From Myxococcota bacterium (GTDB lineage Bacteria > Myxococcota_A > SURF-8), in assembly GCA_965140415.1 (NCBI GenBank), contig OZ223209.1, positions 128,001 to 192,000 of the forward strand: a stretch of 64,000 nt of DNA. Direction: 5' to 3'. Position numbers and translations under genes: made by a program. A model generated the notes under the pieces. That model was not told the DNA's origin. It did no database searches and worked only from the letters and a program-made list of their open reading frames with translations. Position 1 is the first letter of the stretch. The number at the start of each line of letters is the position of its first letter. Positions 55,596 to 64,000 of the stretch are shown piece after piece.

Positions 55596-58061
55596 ATGCT
55601 GGTTTTGAAATTCGGTGGAACATCGGTCGCCAACGCCGACTGCATCATGCAGGCGGCTCGATTGATCGCCCAGCAGTCCCGTCCGGTGGTGGCTGTCAGT
55701 TCAGCCATGTCGGGTGTCACCGATGTGCTGATCGAAGCCGGGAACCTGGCCTGCAAGCGCAATTACGACGAAGTGGAAAAACGCCAGATGGACTTGCGGC
55801 GTCGCCACGATGAAGCCGCCCGCGTGATCTGTCCCGACAGCGGAGCGCGCAAGGCGCTTTCCAATGACTTGGATGCGCTCTTTTCGGAATTGACCGGGAT
55901 GCTGAACGGGATTTCCCTGTTGCAGGAACTTTCTCCCCGATCCCTGGATTTGATCTCTTCCTTCGGTGAGCGCTTATTGGTGCCGTTACTTGCCGAGGCG
56001 CTCGTTCAACAAGGCGTGCCCGCCAAAACCGTGGACGCGCGCTCGTTATTGCGCACCAATTCCACCTTCGGAGCGGCCAGCGTCGATCACGACGTCAGCC
56101 GGGAGCAGACGAGAGATCTGTTACTGCCGTTATGCAAGCAGACGGTGCCGGTCGTCACGGGGTATATCGCTTCCGACGCATCCGGTAATACCACCACGCT
56201 GGGTCGTGGCGGCAGCGATTACAGCGCCACCGTTATCGGTTCTTATTTACAGGCCGACGAGATCTGGATATTTACCGATGTAGACGGCATGATGACTGCC
56301 GATCCGCGTGTGGTGCCTGAAGCACGCGTGCTCGATGAAATCACCTATCGGGAGGCGGCGGAATCGGCCTACTTCGGTTCCAAAGTGCTGCATCCCAGTA
56401 CCATGATTCCCGCCGTTCGGGCCAAGATTCCAATTCGTATTCGCAACACCTTTAACCCCGAACACCAAGGCACGTTGATTTCCACCCGTCGTGTGGATCG
56501 TTTCGAAGGCGTTAAAACCGTTACCAGCATCAGCGATCTGGCCATGGTCACGGTCGAAGGCAAAGGGATGTTGGGTGTTCCCGGCATGGTCAAGCGCGTA
56601 TTTACGGCCACTGCCGCCGCAGGCATCAACGTCTTCATGATTTCCCAGGCCAGCAGCGAGCAGAACATCAGCTTCATCGTGCGCGGCGTCAAGGGTGAAC
56701 TGGCAGTGGCTGCGCTGGAAAAAGAATTCGAGTTGGAGTCTTCCCAGGGGCGCATCGATACAATCGGATTGCGAGCGCCGGTTGGCATTCTGGCGATCAT
56801 CGGCGAGGGCATGCAGGGCACACCCGGTATCAGCCGCCGTCTCTTCGCTGCGTTGGGGCGTGCTCGCATCAACGTGCTGTCTATCGCCCAGGGCAGTTCG
56901 GAACTGAATGTCTCCGTGGTGGTGGAGCAACGCGATCTGCATCGGGCCGTCGGTGCGGTGCATACTCGTTTTGGCCTGACGCGCGACACGCATCTGTTCC
57001 TGTTCGGAAAAGGTTTGATCGGACGCACCCTGATTCAGCAGGTTCTTCAGAGTCGCCGCCGCTTGGGAGAACATGGTCTTTCCCTGAAAGTGCTGGGAGT
57101 CTGCGGCAGAAACGAGTGGCTGTTCGAGCCGTTGGGGCTGGATGATTCACGCCTGCAAGGCGTCGCGAAAGGGGAGGATATCACAAAATTGGGTGGAGAA
57201 GCCCGCCCAACAGACAAGGAAATTCTAAAGCAACTGGCCAAGGCGCGTCGCCTGGATATCGTGGTGGTGGATGTCAGCGCCGACGATACCGGTGAATTGC
57301 ATCATCAGGCGTTGGCGCATGGTTTCCATGTTGTGACCGCCAACAAAAAGCCGATGTCCGGTCCGCTGGCGAGCTACGATGCCATTCGCAAAGAAGCATT
57401 GCACCAGGGTTGTGGCTATCATTTCGAAACAACCTTCGGCGCCGGATTGCCGGTGCTGTTTACCTTGCAGGATCTGTTGGCCACGCGCGATCGCGTGCTG
57501 CGCGTCACCGGTTGCTTCTCCGGTACGCTCGGTTATATTTGCAGCGAACTGTCCAAGAACCGACCGTTTTCCGAAATCGTCACCGAAGCGAAAAAGCTGG
57601 GTTATACCGAACCGGACCCGCGCGACGATCTGTGCGGGATGGATGTTGCTCGCAAGGCGTTGATCATTGCCAGAGAAATCGGCTCCATGCTGGAAATGAA
57701 CGATATCGCATTGGAAGGACTGGTGCCGCAGGAATTATTGGAGCTACAAACCGTTGATGAATTCATGGCAAGGCTTTCCGAGTTGGATGATGGGATGGCA
57801 AAGCGGGTCGAACAAGCTGCCAAAGAGGGAAAGGTGCTGCGTTTTGTGGCGGAAATCACGCCGGAAAACGTGCAAGTCGGATTACAAGCGGTCCCCTTGG
57901 AAAGTCCTTTAGGACAACTTTCCGGACCGGACAACATTGTAATCTACCAAACGGAACGTTACTACGACTACCCCTTGATCATTCGCGGTCCCGGAGCCGG
58001 AGCGGAAGTTACTGCCGCCGGAGTGCTGGGTGATATTCTGAAAGTCGCGAGAACCAGCTAA
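55596..58061 (+). CDS. thrA: Bifunctional aspartate kinase / homoserine dehydrogenase
   Basis: LKFGGTSV, TLGRGGSDYSA and TDVDG..TADP motifs, two ACT domains, G.G.IG, VTANKK, SGTL, EPDPRDDL.G.D and GAG..VTA.GV. Confidence 0.96.
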   Translation: MLVLKFGGTSVANADCIMQAARLIAQQSRPVVAVSSAMSGVTDVLIEAGNLACKRNYDEVEKRQMDLRRRHDEAARVICPDSGARKALSNDLDALFSELTGMLNGISLLQELSPRSLDLISSFGERLLVPLLAEALVQQGVPAKTVDARSLLRTNSTFGAASVDHDVSREQTRDLLLPLCKQTVPVVTGYIASDASGNTTTLGRGGSDYSATVIGSYLQADEIWIFTDVDGMMTADPRVVPEARVLDEITYREAAESAYFGSKVLHPSTMIPAVRAKIPIRIRNTFNPEHQGTLISTRRVDRFEGVKTVTSISDLAMVTVEGKGMLGVPGMVKRVFTATAAAGINVFMISQASSEQNISFIVRGVKGELAVAALEKEFELESSQGRIDTIGLRAPVGILAIIGEGMQGTPGISRRLFAALGRARINVLSIAQGSSELNVSVVVEQRDLHRAVGAVHTRFGLTRDTHLFLFGKGLIGRTLIQQVLQSRRRLGEHGLSLKVLGVCGRNEWLFEPLGLDDSRLQGVAKGEDITKLGGEARPTDKEILKQLAKARRLDIVVVDVSADDTGELHHQALAHGFHVVTANKKPMSGPLASYDAIRKEALHQGCGYHFETTFGAGLPVLFTLQDLLATRDRVLRVTGCFSGTLGYICSELSKNRPFSEIVTEAKKLGYTEPDPRDDLCGMDVARKALIIAREIGSMLEMNDIALEGLVPQELLELQTVDEFMARLSELDDGMAKRVEQAAKEGKVLRFVAEITPENVQVGLQAVPLESPLGQLSGPDNIVIYQTERYYDYPLIIRGPGAGAEVTAAGVLGDILKVARTS

Positions 58062-58072
58062 AGGAGCGCTTG

Positions 58073-59038
58073 ATGTCTCCACAGAGCAAGAAGCCCTGGA
58101 TTCGTATTTTCGTTCCCGCTACGTTGGCCAATGTCGGTCCCGGTTTCGACTGCTTCGGCCTTGCGCTGGAGAAACCCGGAGATATCGTTGCCGCGCGGGC
58201 AAGTCGCAAGCCGGGCGTTCGAATCGAATCCATCACCGGTGATCAAGGGGCCTTACCCACCGAGGCTAGTGCCAACACGGCGGGCAAAGCAGCCCAAAGT
58301 CTGCTGGCGTGTTTTCCTGGATTCTCGAAAAAGCAGGGTTTGACTTTACGAATCGAAAAAGGATTGCCTATCGGTTCGGGGCTTGGCTCCAGCGCATCCA
58401 GCGCCGTCGGCGGTGCCGTGGCTGCTATGCGCGTGATTATGTCCGAAACGGGTATTGACTATGATGATAGCGCCGTTTTAAACGCAGCCGTAACCGGCGA
58501 AGAAGTCGCTTCCGGCGACTGGCACGCCGATAACGTCGCTCCGGCTTTATATGGCGGTTTCACCCTGGTTCAATCGTTACATCCACTACGGGTGGCGCGT
58601 TTCATTCCGGCGCTTGAACTGAATGTGGTGATTGCCACGCCGGAGGTATACGTTTCCACCCGCGATGCTCGCGCCGTGTTGCCGCGGGATGTTCCCCTGC
58701 GGGACGCCGTTGCTCAATGGGCCAATGCCGCTTCGCTGATATTGGCGTTGAACACCGGCGATGTCGTTCTGTTACAGGCCGCATTGCAGGATCATTTGAT
58801 CGAACCTCGACGCGCATCGTTAATCCCCGGCTACATCGAGGCCAAGCGGTTGGCGTTGGAAGCCGGTGCGCTGGGTTGTTCGATTGGCGGCAGCGGTCCG
58901 ACCGTGTTCGCCTTTGCGCAAGATGAATTGACCGCCGAACGCATCCGGCTGGCGTTGATCGACGCATTCGCACGTCAGGGGTTGAGTTGCCAGAATCATA
59001 TTACGCGGCTTAGTACGCAAGGAGCGCGAGAATGTTGA
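58073..59038 (+). CDS. thrB: Homoserine kinase (GHMP family)
   Basis: PATLANVGPGFD, LPIGSGLGSSASS, HADNVAP..GG and GSGPT motifs. Confidence 0.95.
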   Translation: MSPQSKKPWIRIFVPATLANVGPGFDCFGLALEKPGDIVAARASRKPGVRIESITGDQGALPTEASANTAGKAAQSLLACFPGFSKKQGLTLRIEKGLPIGSGLGSSASSAVGGAVAAMRVIMSETGIDYDDSAVLNAAVTGEEVASGDWHADNVAPALYGGFTLVQSLHPLRVARFIPALELNVVIATPEVYVSTRDARAVLPRDVPLRDAVAQWANAASLILALNTGDVVLLQAALQDHLIEPRRASLIPGYIEAKRLALEAGALGCSIGGSGPTVFAFAQDELTAERIRLALIDAFARQGLSCQNHITRLSTQGAREC

Positions 59039-60336
59039 ACGAGCCAATTTCCCAACTTCACTGTATTAGCTGTGGCAAGTCCTATGACGTGAATGAGGTT
59101 CGCTATCGCTGCGACTGCGGCGACCTGTTGCAGGTCGTGCACGATCTTGAACGGCTCAAGCATCGCCACCCGGATTTGAAAAATACGTTTTCTGCACGTA
59201 TGACCGATCAGAACCTGCCATATCATTCCGGTGTGTGGCGCTATCACGAACTGATTCTGCCGGATCTGCCAGTAAAGGACATCGTTTCCAAGCCGGAGGG
59301 CAATACCCGCTTGTATCACTTAGAGCAACTTTGTGCAGCATTCGGTATCGACAAGCTCTATTTGAAACACGAAGGCGAGAATCCCACACTTTCCTTCAAG
59401 GATCGCGGCATGACAGCCGGGGTCAGTTGGGCCAAGCATCTGGGCATGCGTCTGGTTGCCTGCGCCTCTACCGGAGATACCAGTGCCGCCATGGCCGCTT
59501 ATGCCGCACAGGTACCCGATATGGATGCGGCGGTCTTTCTACCGCATGGCAAGATCAGCCTGGAGCAACTGGTTCAGGCGATCACCTACGGCGCGAAAAC
59601 CCTGGCTTTAGATACCGATTTCGATGGCTGTATGAAACTGGTGCAGCAGGTCTGCGAGCATCACCCGGTCTACCTTCTAAATTCGATGAACAGTTTTCGC
59701 ATCGAAGGTCAGAAGGCCATCGGTCTGGAAGTGTTGCAACAGTTGGACTGGCAGGTGCCCGACTGGTTTGTGATTCCGGTGGGCAACGCCGGAAACGTGA
59801 GCGCACTGGGAAAAGGATTGGCAGAAGCGTTCGAGTTGGGCCTGATCGACCGGCTGCCGCGCATCGCAGGCGTACAGGCCACAGCCGCCGATCCGCTCTA
59901 TCAGAGTTACCAGACCGATTTCACAGAGCGCATCAGTGTGACCGCACAACCCACATTGGCTTCGGCCATCCGTATCGGTGACCCCGTCAGTCGCGACAAG
60001 GCGGCGGCGGTGATCCGTCGCTTCGACGGCGTTATGGAAACCGTGAATGAAGCGGAATTGATGGATGCAAAGGCGCTGGCTGACCGGGCCGGGGTGGCGG
60101 TTTGCCCCAATTCCGGTGTGGCTTTGGCGGGTATGCGTAAGCTGTTGAATTCCGGCGTGATCGAAAAACAGCAAACGGTCGTGGCGATTATGACGGCCCA
60201 TGGCGCGAAGTTCTCGCGAGTCGCTCAGGACTATTACACCGGAAAGCTCGATGGGCTTGTTTCCGTGCATACCAATGCGCCCCAGACCTTGCCAGCCGAG
60301 CTCGATGCCATCACACAAGCGTTAAATTTGGCGTGA
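59032..60336 (+). CDS. thrC: Threonine synthase
   Basis: EG.NPTLSFKDRG (PLP Lys), CASTGDTSAA, RIEGQK and PVGNAGN motifs; N-terminal CxxC..CxC. Confidence 0.95.
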   Translation: MLNEPISQLHCISCGKSYDVNEVRYRCDCGDLLQVVHDLERLKHRHPDLKNTFSARMTDQNLPYHSGVWRYHELILPDLPVKDIVSKPEGNTRLYHLEQLCAAFGIDKLYLKHEGENPTLSFKDRGMTAGVSWAKHLGMRLVACASTGDTSAAMAAYAAQVPDMDAAVFLPHGKISLEQLVQAITYGAKTLALDTDFDGCMKLVQQVCEHHPVYLLNSMNSFRIEGQKAIGLEVLQQLDWQVPDWFVIPVGNAGNVSALGKGLAEAFELGLIDRLPRIAGVQATAADPLYQSYQTDFTERISVTAQPTLASAIRIGDPVSRDKAAAVIRRFDGVMETVNEAELMDAKALADRAGVAVCPNSGVALAGMRKLLNSGVIEKQQTVVAIMTAHGAKFSRVAQDYYTGKLDGLVSVHTNAPQTLPAELDAITQALNLA

Positions 60337-60427
60337 GAGAAAAAGAAATCGCCACGGTCTCTTGGGTTTTACCGATCCGTGAAACCGTGGCAAACGTTAT
60401 CTTATACGAAAACACAAGAAGACTCGC

Positions 60428-63400
60428 CTACTCCTGCTCGACATCTCCATCAACAACATCCACATCACCATCTATTGGAACTTCGTTGTCGCCGTCAGCA
60501 GTGTCCACGTCCCCATCGACCGGAGCTTCCTCATCGCCATCGACAGTCGGGCAGGTTGAAAATTCGAGCGAAAATGCCTGCAAGCTTGCCGGGGAAATTG
60601 AAGAATCGACCTGCAATTGCAACAGCCACGTACCGACGCGGGATTCGCCATCGAAGGCCATGGTTTCGGTGCTAATTTGCAATGGATTGGCAGCGGCCTC
60701 GTGATCGAACAGCGCCGGGCTCAGCATCGTACCAGCCGGGCTGCTTAGGTTCACCAGCAGTTCTTGCGGATCGGCGGCGTCGATGGTTGCCTGGATGCAC
60801 AATGGTGCGGCGTTGCCTTCTTCCGTAAAGGTTACGGCAACCAATAAGGAGCCACTGCTTGGGTCCGTTGCCAGCGGAAGCGTTGATCCGGCGCAGGAAG
60901 CGAATTCGTCGCACACATCGTTTACGGTGCCGGCGTTGGTGTCATCGCAATACGTTCCCTGTTCGGCATTGGCGTTGCGGCAATCCGGTGCGCCCGAGTT
61001 GTCGTAACATTCGCCGACGGTGCAGCCTTCGTCCAGGCCGGAGCAGTCGTAGGCATCGCCTACACAATTACCCGAACTGCATAGAGCATCCAACACGCAC
61101 ACGTCATTCGGGTCGCAACTCTGACCTTCTTTGGCGTACAGATCCCAGGTACAGTTTCCGGTATTGGGATTGCAGACCCCGGCCCAGCAGGGTTGTGGTG
61201 GATTGCAGACTTTGTCGTCGTGAACGCAGACACCGCTTTCGCAATGATCGTTTAGCCAGCAGAGATTGGAGGAGCAGTCTTCTCCTTCATTGACCGCCGT
61301 CCAGTCGTCGGTAGCCAATCCCGGGTTACAAATCGCGCAGGCCGGAGCCTCGGGGTTGCCCTGGCTGGTCGAATAGCAGACGCCGTCGATCAGGCAGCGA
61401 TTGGCGAGCAGGGTGTTGCTGCATTCGCCGGTAAGTTCATCGCATTCATCTTCCGTGCATAACAGATCGTCGTCGCAGTCGTTCACTTCACCAACGCAAT
61501 TGGCGTTATCGCACACATCGTTGACGGTGCAGGGGTCGTTATCGGAGCACTCCGTTCCATCTTCGAAAGTATCCGCGTAACAGTTGCCGCCCTGGCAAAC
61601 GCCCTGCTGGCAGGGGCCGTCCAGTTCGCTGCAATCCATCGGACCGTCCGGTTCACAGAAACCATCGACACATACATCGCCCATCGTACAGGGGTCATCG
61701 TCATCGCAGTCCAGCCCGTTCAACTGAATCAGGTTGACTTTGCACTCGCCATCTTCCGGGTCGCAGTAATCGTAGGTACAGAAAACATCGTCATCGCATA
61801 CCACGTCGTCGCCGACGCAATCTCCCTGGTCGCAATGGTCGTTTTCGGTGCACAGGTTTCCGTCGCTGCATTCGCTGTTATCCGCTACGGGAATGGGGAA
61901 GCAAGTTCCGTTCATGCAACCCGAACCGTTGCAGTCGTCTTCGACTTCGGAACAGTCCTTATCTTCTCCCGGCAGGCATTCTCCCAGCTGGCAGGTGTCG
62001 TTTACGGTGCAGTCATCCAGGTCGTCACAGGGTTCGCCGTTCAAAGCCGTATTGTCGAAAATGCATTCTCCGTTTGCCGGATTGCAACTGTCGTCGGTGC
62101 AGAAAATATCATCGTCGCACACCACGTCATCGGCGACGCACAAGCCGCTTTCGCAGTGGTCGTTTTCCGTGCAGAGATCGTTGTCGTTGCATTCTGTATT
62201 GTCCTGCTTGGGCTGGGCATAGCAGTCACCCTGCTCACAGGCGCCATCGTTGCATTCATCATCGAACAGGTCGCAGTTTTTCGGTCCCAGCGGGGTACAG
62301 TTGCCGGAAACGCAGCGGTCACCCACGGTACAGGCGTCGTTATCCGAGCATTCTTCGTTTTCCATGGGGACGGAATCATGCTCGCAAATTCCGGTTTCTT
62401 CCGCGCAGCTATCGACGGTACAGTCGTTGTTGTCCGAGCAGTCTTTGTCTTCGCCTTCGCAGATCCCGCTCAAACAGGCGTCGTTTTCCGTGCAGGGATT
62501 ATCATCGTCACATTCCACGCCGTCGGTGTCGCTGCTGTCGTGGTCGCAGCTTCCATCTTCCGGATCGCAGCTATCGGTGGTGCAGGGATCGTCATCGTCG
62601 CAAGTCACGTCCTCGCCTTCGCAGATCCCGCTCAGGCAGACATCGTTTTCCGTGCAGAGATTGTCATCGTCGCAGCCGGTCAGATCGGGAACGACGCTTT
62701 CCTGGCAGGTTCCCTGCCAGCAGGTAAAGACCCGACAAACCGCCTGTTGCAGACCGCAGGGCAGCCCGTCATCGACCGCTACCTGCTTGCATTGCCCGTT
62801 TTCACAGATCGCGCTGTTGCAGTCGTCCTCCAGCTCGGTGCAATCCTTTTCCTCGCCCACGCAAACGCCGTTCTGGCATATTCCGTTGACCATGCAGGGG
62901 TCGCTGGGCGTACAGGCCTGATCCTCGATACAGGGTTGGACGCTGTCCGGTTCCACGTCGTTGTCGATGTCACCATCGATCACGGTGTCGATATCCCCAT
63001 CGGTATCGCCATCCGTTTCTGTCGAATCTCCCTCTTGTTCGGTGGTATCCATATCGCCGTCGGCTTGCCACAAGGGGCCAAGAGCTTCCAGCCGGTCCAA
63101 CAACTCCGCACAAGTCAGATTCAAGGCGGCATCGGCAGCCAGCGGTTCTCCCTGCAAGCCTGAGAAAGTCGCCTCGTTGGACTGGCATTGCTCTACCAGA
63201 CCGACCAGCACCACTTCATTGGCATAGGCCAGCTCGAAATTGCGGCAGGCATACTCGTAGTCTTTGGACAACTGCCCGTCCGTGCAACAGGCCGCTACGC
63301 TGCTGACAGCGCGCTCGCAGTTGACTCCACCGTTGGCGGAGGAACCCAGCACGCTGTAGGGATCGCAACCCACCGACATCAGTAGAACCAGCAGGGTCAG

Positions 63401-63457
63401 CAGAACGATCTTCAATTTGCCAGGCAAACAGGATTTCATTTTCATCGGGATATGCAT
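60428..63457 (-). CDS. Large Cys/Asp-rich repeat surface lipoprotein with C-terminal proprotein-convertase P-like domain
   Basis: Lipobox MSVGC and many C-D-D-x-x-x-C-T-x-(N)D-x-C-x-x-G-x-C repeats. L.V.L.SPAGT...FDGE...GTW.L.. resembles a P domain, followed by a DGD tail. Start at ATG 63457 after an AAGGAGG SD. Confidence 0.8.
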   Translation of the reverse strand: MHIPMKMKSCLPGKLKIVLLTLLVLLMSVGCDPYSVLGSSANGGVNCERAVSSVAACCTDGQLSKDYEYACRNFELAYANEVVLVGLVEQCQSNEATFSGLQGEPLAADAALNLTCAELLDRLEALGPLWQADGDMDTTEQEGDSTETDGDTDGDIDTVIDGDIDNDVEPDSVQPCIEDQACTPSDPCMVNGICQNGVCVGEEKDCTELEDDCNSAICENGQCKQVAVDDGLPCGLQQAVCRVFTCWQGTCQESVVPDLTGCDDDNLCTENDVCLSGICEGEDVTCDDDDPCTTDSCDPEDGSCDHDSSDTDGVECDDDNPCTENDACLSGICEGEDKDCSDNNDCTVDSCAEETGICEHDSVPMENEECSDNDACTVGDRCVSGNCTPLGPKNCDLFDDECNDGACEQGDCYAQPKQDNTECNDNDLCTENDHCESGLCVADDVVCDDDIFCTDDSCNPANGECIFDNTALNGEPCDDLDDCTVNDTCQLGECLPGEDKDCSEVEDDCNGSGCMNGTCFPIPVADNSECSDGNLCTENDHCDQGDCVGDDVVCDDDVFCTYDYCDPEDGECKVNLIQLNGLDCDDDDPCTMGDVCVDGFCEPDGPMDCSELDGPCQQGVCQGGNCYADTFEDGTECSDNDPCTVNDVCDNANCVGEVNDCDDDLLCTEDECDELTGECSNTLLANRCLIDGVCYSTSQGNPEAPACAICNPGLATDDWTAVNEGEDCSSNLCWLNDHCESGVCVHDDKVCNPPQPCWAGVCNPNTGNCTWDLYAKEGQSCDPNDVCVLDALCSSGNCVGDAYDCSGLDEGCTVGECYDNSGAPDCRNANAEQGTYCDDTNAGTVNDVCDEFASCAGSTLPLATDPSSGSLLVAVTFTEEGNAAPLCIQATIDAADPQELLVNLSSPAGTMLSPALFDHEAAANPLQISTETMAFDGESRVGTWLLQLQVDSSISPASLQAFSLEFSTCPTVDGDEEAPVDGDVDTADGDNEVPIDGDVDVVDGDVEQE

Positions 63458-63470
63458 TGGCTCTCCCTCC

Positions 63471-63998
63471 TTAATACCGAATCGTGGCACAAACGCCCGC
63501 GCCATCCGGCAGCAGGGCGGGTGCGGCGGAAACTGTCGGCTCCCCGGTTTCCTTTTCGGTAAAGAAAAGGATCAAGGATGTCGTAACAGCGGCTCCGGCA
63601 AGGCCGTACAGGGCGTAACTGGCGATCCAGTAGTTGTCGCGGCGGTCGGCGTAGTCTTTTCGTGTAGAAGGCAACAGTTGCGTATCTCCGGCGCGATCGT
63701 CGGAGTGCAACGCGCCAAGCGTCAACCCCAAACCGCCGATGGCGGAGGCGACGCCGATGCCGACCGTGCGCCAGGCCCACTTGCGTTGCAGGCTCATGCT
63801 GTCTGGAGCTTTTGCCGTAGTTTGCAGAGGAGCTGTTTCTTCTAGTACCGGTTCCTCAGCAAGGGGAAGCTCGGCAACCGGCGCCGGTTCCTCTTCCTTT
63901 TGGACGATTGGAGCCGGTGGCGTTTCGTCGTCGGAGCTTTGTTGGGTCGGAGGTTCCTCGTCATCCGAAACCGTTGCCGCTCGTGGAGGCGCGCCGCT
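63471..63998 (-). CDS. Hypothetical protein (5' partial): Pro/Glu linker plus two hydrophobic helices
   Basis: Frame stays open to the window edge. Ends with Gly/Ala-rich hydrophobic helices and a terminal beta-strand ending in Tyr. Confidence 0.6.
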   Translation of the reverse strand, partial: SGAPPRAATVSDDEEPPTQQSSDDETPPAPIVQKEEEPAPVAELPLAEEPVLEETAPLQTTAKAPDSMSLQRKWAWRTVGIGVASAIGGLGLTLGALHSDDRAGDTQLLPSTRKDYADRRDNYWIASYALYGLAGAAVTTSLILFFTEKETGEPTVSAAPALLPDGAGVCATIRY

Positions 63999-64000
63999 TT

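Noticed and set aside
61835..63163. 442-aa and other plus-strand ORFs over the Cys-rich gene
   Set aside because: These are antisense shadows of a repetitive coding sequence.
1..64000. CRISPR array, rRNA, tRNA, prophage or defence island
   Set aside because: No regularly spaced repeats, RNA gene signatures or phage/defence proteins were recognised by eye. A tRNAscan/Infernal run would be needed to exclude small RNAs.

Overview
This is a GC-rich bacterial chromosome segment spanning the replication origin. The source is most likely an anaerobic Myxococcota or deltaproteobacterial-type organism, inferred from the TGTTCCACGTGGAAC parS sites, the parA-parB-bactofilin order, DUF4388/TPR receiver proteins, an accessory Hsp70 and Cys-rich surface lipoproteins. 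Core features are dnaA-[oriC]-dnaN-recF-uppP-lgt, a receiver/TPR gene-tsaD-rsmA, rsmG-parA-parB-bactofilin, ftsE-ftsX-envC, trxA, frr, radC, pilB/pilC-like genes and thrABC. There is also a 10 kb fermentation cluster (PFOR, a two-subunit CoA transferase, Ptb, Buk, IorAB). Accessory genes encode secreted or lipoprotein LVIVD, M6 protease, lipase and Cys-repeat proteins. No rRNA, tRNA, CRISPR array or transposase was recognised. The most interesting observations are: (1) a lid-less Hsp70 apparently co-transcribed with a pseudo-receiver/J-domain/TPR partner; (2) a tandem HD-GYP protein that has lost the HD dyad in both domains; (3) several families of REPIN-like paired palindromes, two of them dispersed in multiple copies; (4) a recognisable DnaA-box/DnaA-trio unwinding module between dnaA and dnaN; (5) an acidic DGD linker shared by three unrelated exported proteins. 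All calls come from reading motifs by eye; no database search was run.
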